Source of the DNA: Podarcis vaucheri
Taxonomy: Eukaryota
DNA: 64,000 nt
Strand: one strand, 5' to 3'
Assembly: GCA_965113315.1 (NCBI GenBank)
Contig: OZ220364.1
The first letter of the stretch is position 1. Every line of letters starts with the position of its first letter. The position numbers were made by a program, and so were the translations under genes. Below are positions 23,667-64,000 of the stretch, piece after piece. The notes beneath the pieces are model-generated. The model was not told the DNA's origin and made no database searches. It worked only from the letters and a program-made list of their open reading frames with translations.

Positions 23667-25281
23667 CTTCTAAGTCGTTTGGGTATCCATAAGTGCATGT
23701 TTTTTCACTTGGTTGTGTACAGAGCATTGTATCTTTCAACACTACACTTAGTTTGATTGCAACTGCATTGGCTACTGTTTGTGCAATAAGACGTGGGTGT
23801 GCAGATTGCTCCTGCTGCACCAGGCTCACCTTATTGAGGTAGTAACTATATTTGATGCAACCACAAAAGCAAGCTGTGTTTTTTTGTTTTTCCCCTCCTC
23901 AGCAGGCAAGTTTATAAAGACAAGTCTTTACCAAAGACATGGTTTATATTGCGTACCTTACTAGTACTGTAGAAATAGACACAAAATTAAAATGTACTAC
24001 AATACTGAAAAGGAATGCTAGTATAATACTTTGCATCTGTAGGATGTCTCTGGAATTATACAGGAGAAATATTCCACCAGTCATATGTTGATCCGAGTTC
24101 TTTCATTGAAATGGTCTGCAAGCAATGGGGGCGAAGGGTGTTTGTAAATGCATATACAACCTATGACAGCACCATAATTTTCCATTCATGGCGAGTATCA
24201 TAAATGATCCGTCAACTCTAAAGAGAAAACAGCCCTGCAGAACTCGCTTTACTTTCATTAGTGAGGAAATGTGCACATACTTATTATGCATTTTTAAAAG
24301 AAGCATTTGCGGCTAAAGTGCTCTGTGGTACTTAGAAATAAAAGCTATACTTTATTTTTACCTTGAAATTCAACAAAATATAGATGCTGTTAGTATTTTA
24401 TGCAGCACTAAGGCTATCTACTCCCACACCCCTCCCCCAAAAGCACTGGAATTGGACAGTCAAATCTAGTTGGACAGTAATCATTCCCTCAGATTTAAAG
24501 CTAGACCTGTCAATCACAAGAGCTTTCCCATTTCTCTTGGTGCTTTACCTTTTTCTCAAACCACCCTGCCATTTTTGTTATAAGGTAAGCTTTAGAGACA
24601 TGTTCTCTACAGCATTTGTTGGGCGTTCAAATCACCAAACTTTGGGGGTGGGATTCTTGTCTTGAGGCATCTCATACATACTGCTTCACCTTGGACAAGC
24701 CCAGAATCCCTCTAAAGCAATTTATATTAGCTTGGGAATCCTCTGAATCCACTACAAACTCTTAGCAAGCACTATCCTTTGATATAATCCCTCAAAAAGT
24801 AAAAAATGGCACACACCCCAATTATGATGCCCATGCTCTGGCATTTTGACTACTTTAAATGTGTAGGTGATTTTTTTAAAAAAAATCCCATGCCTATTTG
24901 TATGATTTCCATATTGCCTGACTCATCAAATAAACCACTTAGGATGTGATCCTATGATTGCTGTGGAAGTCCAGGAATGTTAGCCCTCATAAGTCTTCCC
25001 ACTGTGGGTGTGGCAACATCTGCCATCAAATTATGCCAGCCTTGGAAGTAATATACTTACTTTCCTTCCCACTGCGCAAGAAAACCTAGAAATGAAAGAA
25101 GAAAAAAACACCTACCTATCTGAAAAGGGGAGGAGGGAATAGAAAAATGTGCCACCATCCTATACCCTGCTAGGGGTATGGATATGGTATTTCCTTTGTT
25201 TCAGATTCTCCCTCCTCCACTCTGCCCAAATGTAATGAGCCATTTACTAAGCATGTACAATCCATATATAAAAAGGGTTGG

Positions 25282-25287
25282 TTTATT
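25282..25287 (-). terminator. Probable TCERG1 polyadenylation signal (AATAAA); a second candidate at 25620-25625
   Basis: tttatt on + strand ~940 nt past the stop, followed on the sense strand by a T-rich tract. Confidence 0.6.
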
Positions 25288-26224
25288 GTCGTTCAAATAC
25301 GTAAACTGAACAATCCCAACATTTCAAAATTAAACTTTAGAAACACAAGTTTAACATTCAAAACAGGAATATAGTTTACAAGAAATACCCAGAAGGGAAC
25401 TTCATATTCTAATCCAGAAGTTGGTAGAGATCACTTTATGGTAAATAAAAGTGTATTTGTACAACCGTGCTATCCTGGGGAACACACTTTTTCCTGTGCA
25501 TTTCCAATTTACAGCAAAAACATTACCGACTACTGGGCAAAGCAACTTGATTGTGCCTACTGGGGAGGACAAGGAGAGGGGGGGAATCAAAGCAGGCCTG
25601 TGAACAAGATCAAATGGTGTTTATTCAATTTGGTCACTGCAAGGCTCATTCTCCTCTCATGCTGGACCTGACGTTAATGGGGTTAGTCCTGATTTATATA
25701 CAGGAAAGGCCACACATGAGTAGAGAATTAGGCCCTATATTTTCAGGTTCATGAAGGGGCATAATCTTACTGCGGTTTTCAGCAGTCAATAGTTTAATCA
25801 TAAGAATGCCTGACCTTGGCTCTCCCATTAGGATATCTGCGGTATTTTTTGCCATTCTTAACTTCAAACCACAAATATCAATCATCCCAAGGCTTTCACA
25901 TGTAACGCTGCCAAGAACGCTTCAAAATGCTACCAACATTCACACCTTGTACACAGATATCGCATTGTTCTAGGACCTAAAAATCACTGGAAATAGCTGC
26001 ATGGTTAGAATATTTGTCAGTCATGCGACAAAGAGAAAAAGCATCGATAATGCAAATGTTCTCTCTGCATAGAGACTGCTTTATGTTCACAAATGTTGCT
26101 TTTCTCTCTGCTCCTTGGATGGTTTTTGCAATAGGTTCATGGTAATGTATACGATTAAACCTGACAGATGGCTCATGCAATCTTCTTGACTTAACAGATA
26201 TTCTTGTTCAAGAGTATGTCAAAA

Positions 26225-61060
<34,836 letters not shown>

Positions 61061-64000
61061 CACCAGCCGACTCTGCCGCCGCACACGCCCACCCTCGCCA
61101 GGCCTCGCCGCCTCGTCAGTGGCTGCCAGGTGCGTCAATCACATGACGGCGCAGCGTCACCCTCGCCTCGATTGGTGCCTGTCGCCGCCGATTTTGAATG
61201 AGAGGCGGAAAGCGAGTAGTGACTGGCTGGTTTGGCTCAAAGAGCATCAAGCGGCGCCGCTTGAACGCGCCCTCCTGCGGCCCGCTCGCTAGCACGTCAC
61301 GTGACCTATAACCCGGAATTGACCTTGTTTACCTAAAAAAAAAGAAGTCTCTGACCACAGAGATAAGAAAATAAAGGGACGCATCCTATTCTTTTGATAC
61401 GGAACTTCCGGGTGTATGTTGGAGAAGCCATTTTTTCAACCTCGCGGGGTCTGAAGTGAGAGCAGTAAAAGTGATACAGTAAAATCATAATTTTAATGTA
61501 GTTCAGCTATGGTGGGGCTCCATCGTGTCCTCTCCGAAATGGTAGAAACGTTTAGGGTCTTTCTTGCTCAGGACTTATTTCATGCGAAGAGATAATGCGA
61601 TCTTTTTACCAAAAAAAGAACAAATACTTTCAGATTTATTCATTTGATTTATGGCCGTTAACAATTTTAAAACAAATACACTTTATAAAATGTAGAGTGA
61701 CAATATAATCTGGGATTATATTCTTTGTTTTTTTGCTGCAGCAGATTAACATGCTACTCTTCCATGATTTATAATATATTTTTAAACATTTTAAAATATA
61801 ATTGCTATTACAAATGCAATCCATTATTAATTAATTAACAAATCACTTCCTAGGAGGCATTTTGAAGCGACCTCACAATACAATAAAAATATAAAACAAC
61901 TATTGCATATATAAAAGCAAGCAAAAGCTGTTACAGATAAAAAATACAATTTCAAATACTGTAAAATGTTACCCATGGTTAATATTGCTGATTAAAAGTG
62001 GGGTTTTAATTTCAAGCCAAAATACCACTCAGGTTATACCTCTGCTTAAACTGCCACCTCAGGTCCACTCAGAAGCTTGCTGCTCCACTGACTTGCAAGA
62101 GAAAGTGTTGTGCTTTTAAATGTTCAAAAACAAAAGATCTTTTTTGTTGTTGTTTGCATCTGTCTGAAAAGATACCATTTAGAAAAAGCAGGACTTTCTT
62201 TGGCTGCTGCTACCTTTCACTTCTAGTTGTCTATTTTTCATTGCAAATATAACAAAGAAAAAGAAGAAATGATGTTAGCTCAGGTTAGCAATAAGAACAC
62301 TCTATCAATCCTAATTTAAATTTGTATATTAATATAGGCAGTTCATAAATCCAAGCAGACACCCAAACACAATCACGTATGATTTCAATCAAGTATGATA
62401 GGTTATAATTTCAAATGGAGAAAGGCAGTAAGATCTTCAGACAGTGACCACTGAGTTATGGATAGTGGGTGTTTATTCTTCTAACCTTGACATATAAGTC
62501 TCTCTGCAACCATAAGAGCTTGCAGAATCCACTTCTGTTGTTGATCGTTACATCACAGGAATATAATTTCAAAGAACCAATGTTAATCAGGTTCTTTCCC
62601 CTCCATAGTGTAACTCTTATTTTCACTCTTCCTTTTAGCCACTAGGAGATCCCCTTCATCTGCTTTGGTATGTGTAGACAGAATTATCCATCAAGGTAGC
62701 AATGCAGATCTTCTGGGGAGTACTTTACAGCTGTCGGTTTCTTTTGATAGCTTGTCCAGTGGATTGCTTTGAAGATTGACCTGAAAGAGCATTAATGAAA
62801 TCTCACTTGTTTGCAATACTCATGTCCCTTCTGTGCTAGGTCTTTTGTTAATGGCCTCGTTTCTTGTCTGCTGCCTAGGAACAAGTAATTAGCCAGCAAA
62901 CAAGACACCATGTTCTCTCACACATTTTCACTTGCCCCTAAAGGGTTAGGTTGCACACACACATACATATTAAGCACATGCATTCTCCCCCAAAGAACTT
63001 CCCGCAGAGCTACAATCCCTGGCACCCTTAACAAACTACATTTTTCAGGAACATTTGGAGAAAGTCATGTGCTTTAAATGCTTGTGTGTACTCAGCCCTT
63101 TCAACAAAACTGAAACAACAAACAAAACTGCACAACAAGGGACCTGTCTGGCTTAGATTTTCTCTTTTTCATGTGCTCACTTCCTCTGTAGAGGGTGGAA
63201 TGCATAAGGATTGGTGGCTGCCATTGCTTTGCTTGGACGCCCAAGAAGTTGTAGCCCTCCAGACATTGTTGGAGAACAATTCTCATCATTGCTGAGTGAC
63301 CACAGGCCATGCTGGCCGGTACTGATGGGAGTTGGGGGTGGTCTGTCAACATCTGCAAGTTCTCCAACCCTGATTTATTCTGCCCCTTAAAACTCAGTGG
63401 TAGCTATTTAGAACTGAAATTCATGTCTACATAGTTTACCTTTTTCTTGGCCTCACCCTGGGTTCTCTTCTTGGTCACTTTACAGTACAGCAGGATGCTG
63501 GGAGCTGGCCTTCCTATAAATATCTTATTTGAAAATATATATAATCTTGATTATCTGCCTTTCATCCAAAGCTGCTCACACTGACTAAAATCACAAGCAT
63601 AAAAAAGGGAAATCAGCATAACCCAATGCCAAATATGTTACTCATTGTAAAACGAGTCCCTCCTTTGAAAACAAGTGTATGTTCATTTCTAAATAATGAT
63701 TTGCCTTGTTTTATTCGGAGAAATTCCATGGTTGACTCTGAGCAGCCTCTAGGCAAGCAGTGTTTCTGGAAGCTGGTTCTTACACTTGTAAGATTGTCTT
63801 GGCACAGATTTTGGATGATGCAGGACAGGAGCGGATTATGAATATTCAGGGAGGAGAAGGAGAGGGAGAAGAAAAAGAAAAAGAAAGGGGGCAGTAAAGA
63901 GACGATTCTGCTTGTTAAATGGAAGCCCTCAACTGAACTGTGTTTTGTTGTTTTAAAGTAGTTTCGTAGTTTTAAAGAGCAAGTGACTAGCTGAAGACCT

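Noticed and set aside
61061-61138. In-frame 26-codon N-terminal extension of TCERG1
   Set aside because: Starts at TTG rather than ATG, probably near or upstream of the TSS; the ATG at 61060 gives the conserved MAER start

Overview
Vertebrate genomic DNA, almost certainly a squamate and probably a lacertid lizard (judged from Sauria SINEs, CR1/L2 fragments and Penelope-like remnants). There are two recognisable genes in convergent orientation. GPR151 is an intronless orphan class-A GPCR (20549-21784, +, 411 aa). TCERG1/CA150 lies on the - strand, CDS 61060->26225, with a CpG-island promoter at ~60.3-61.45 kb; I reconstructed 21 GT-AG coding exons whose phases join into 3117 nt / 1038 aa. The first ~19 kb is intergenic, with homeodomain-site-rich enhancer-like blocks and many transposon remnants, some nested. 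There is one assembly gap (36758-36915). No prokaryote-type system (CRISPR etc.) is present, and I found nothing I can call a new biological system with confidence. Best leads: (1) a TSD-flanked GC-rich insertion just upstream of GPR151 that lines up with a consensus splice donor and an acceptor 4 nt before the ATG; (2) a chain of phase-compatible minus-strand exons at 0.1-4.5 kb, suggesting an unannotated lncRNA or decayed gene; (3) a 118-bp double-hairpin tandem array inside a pogo-like transposon in TCERG1 intron 15; (4) inverted SINEs bracketing TCERG1 exons 8-13, a circRNA/editing substrate; (5) an Arg at GPCR position 3.32 of GPR151. Comparisons with human proteins are from memory, not from a search.
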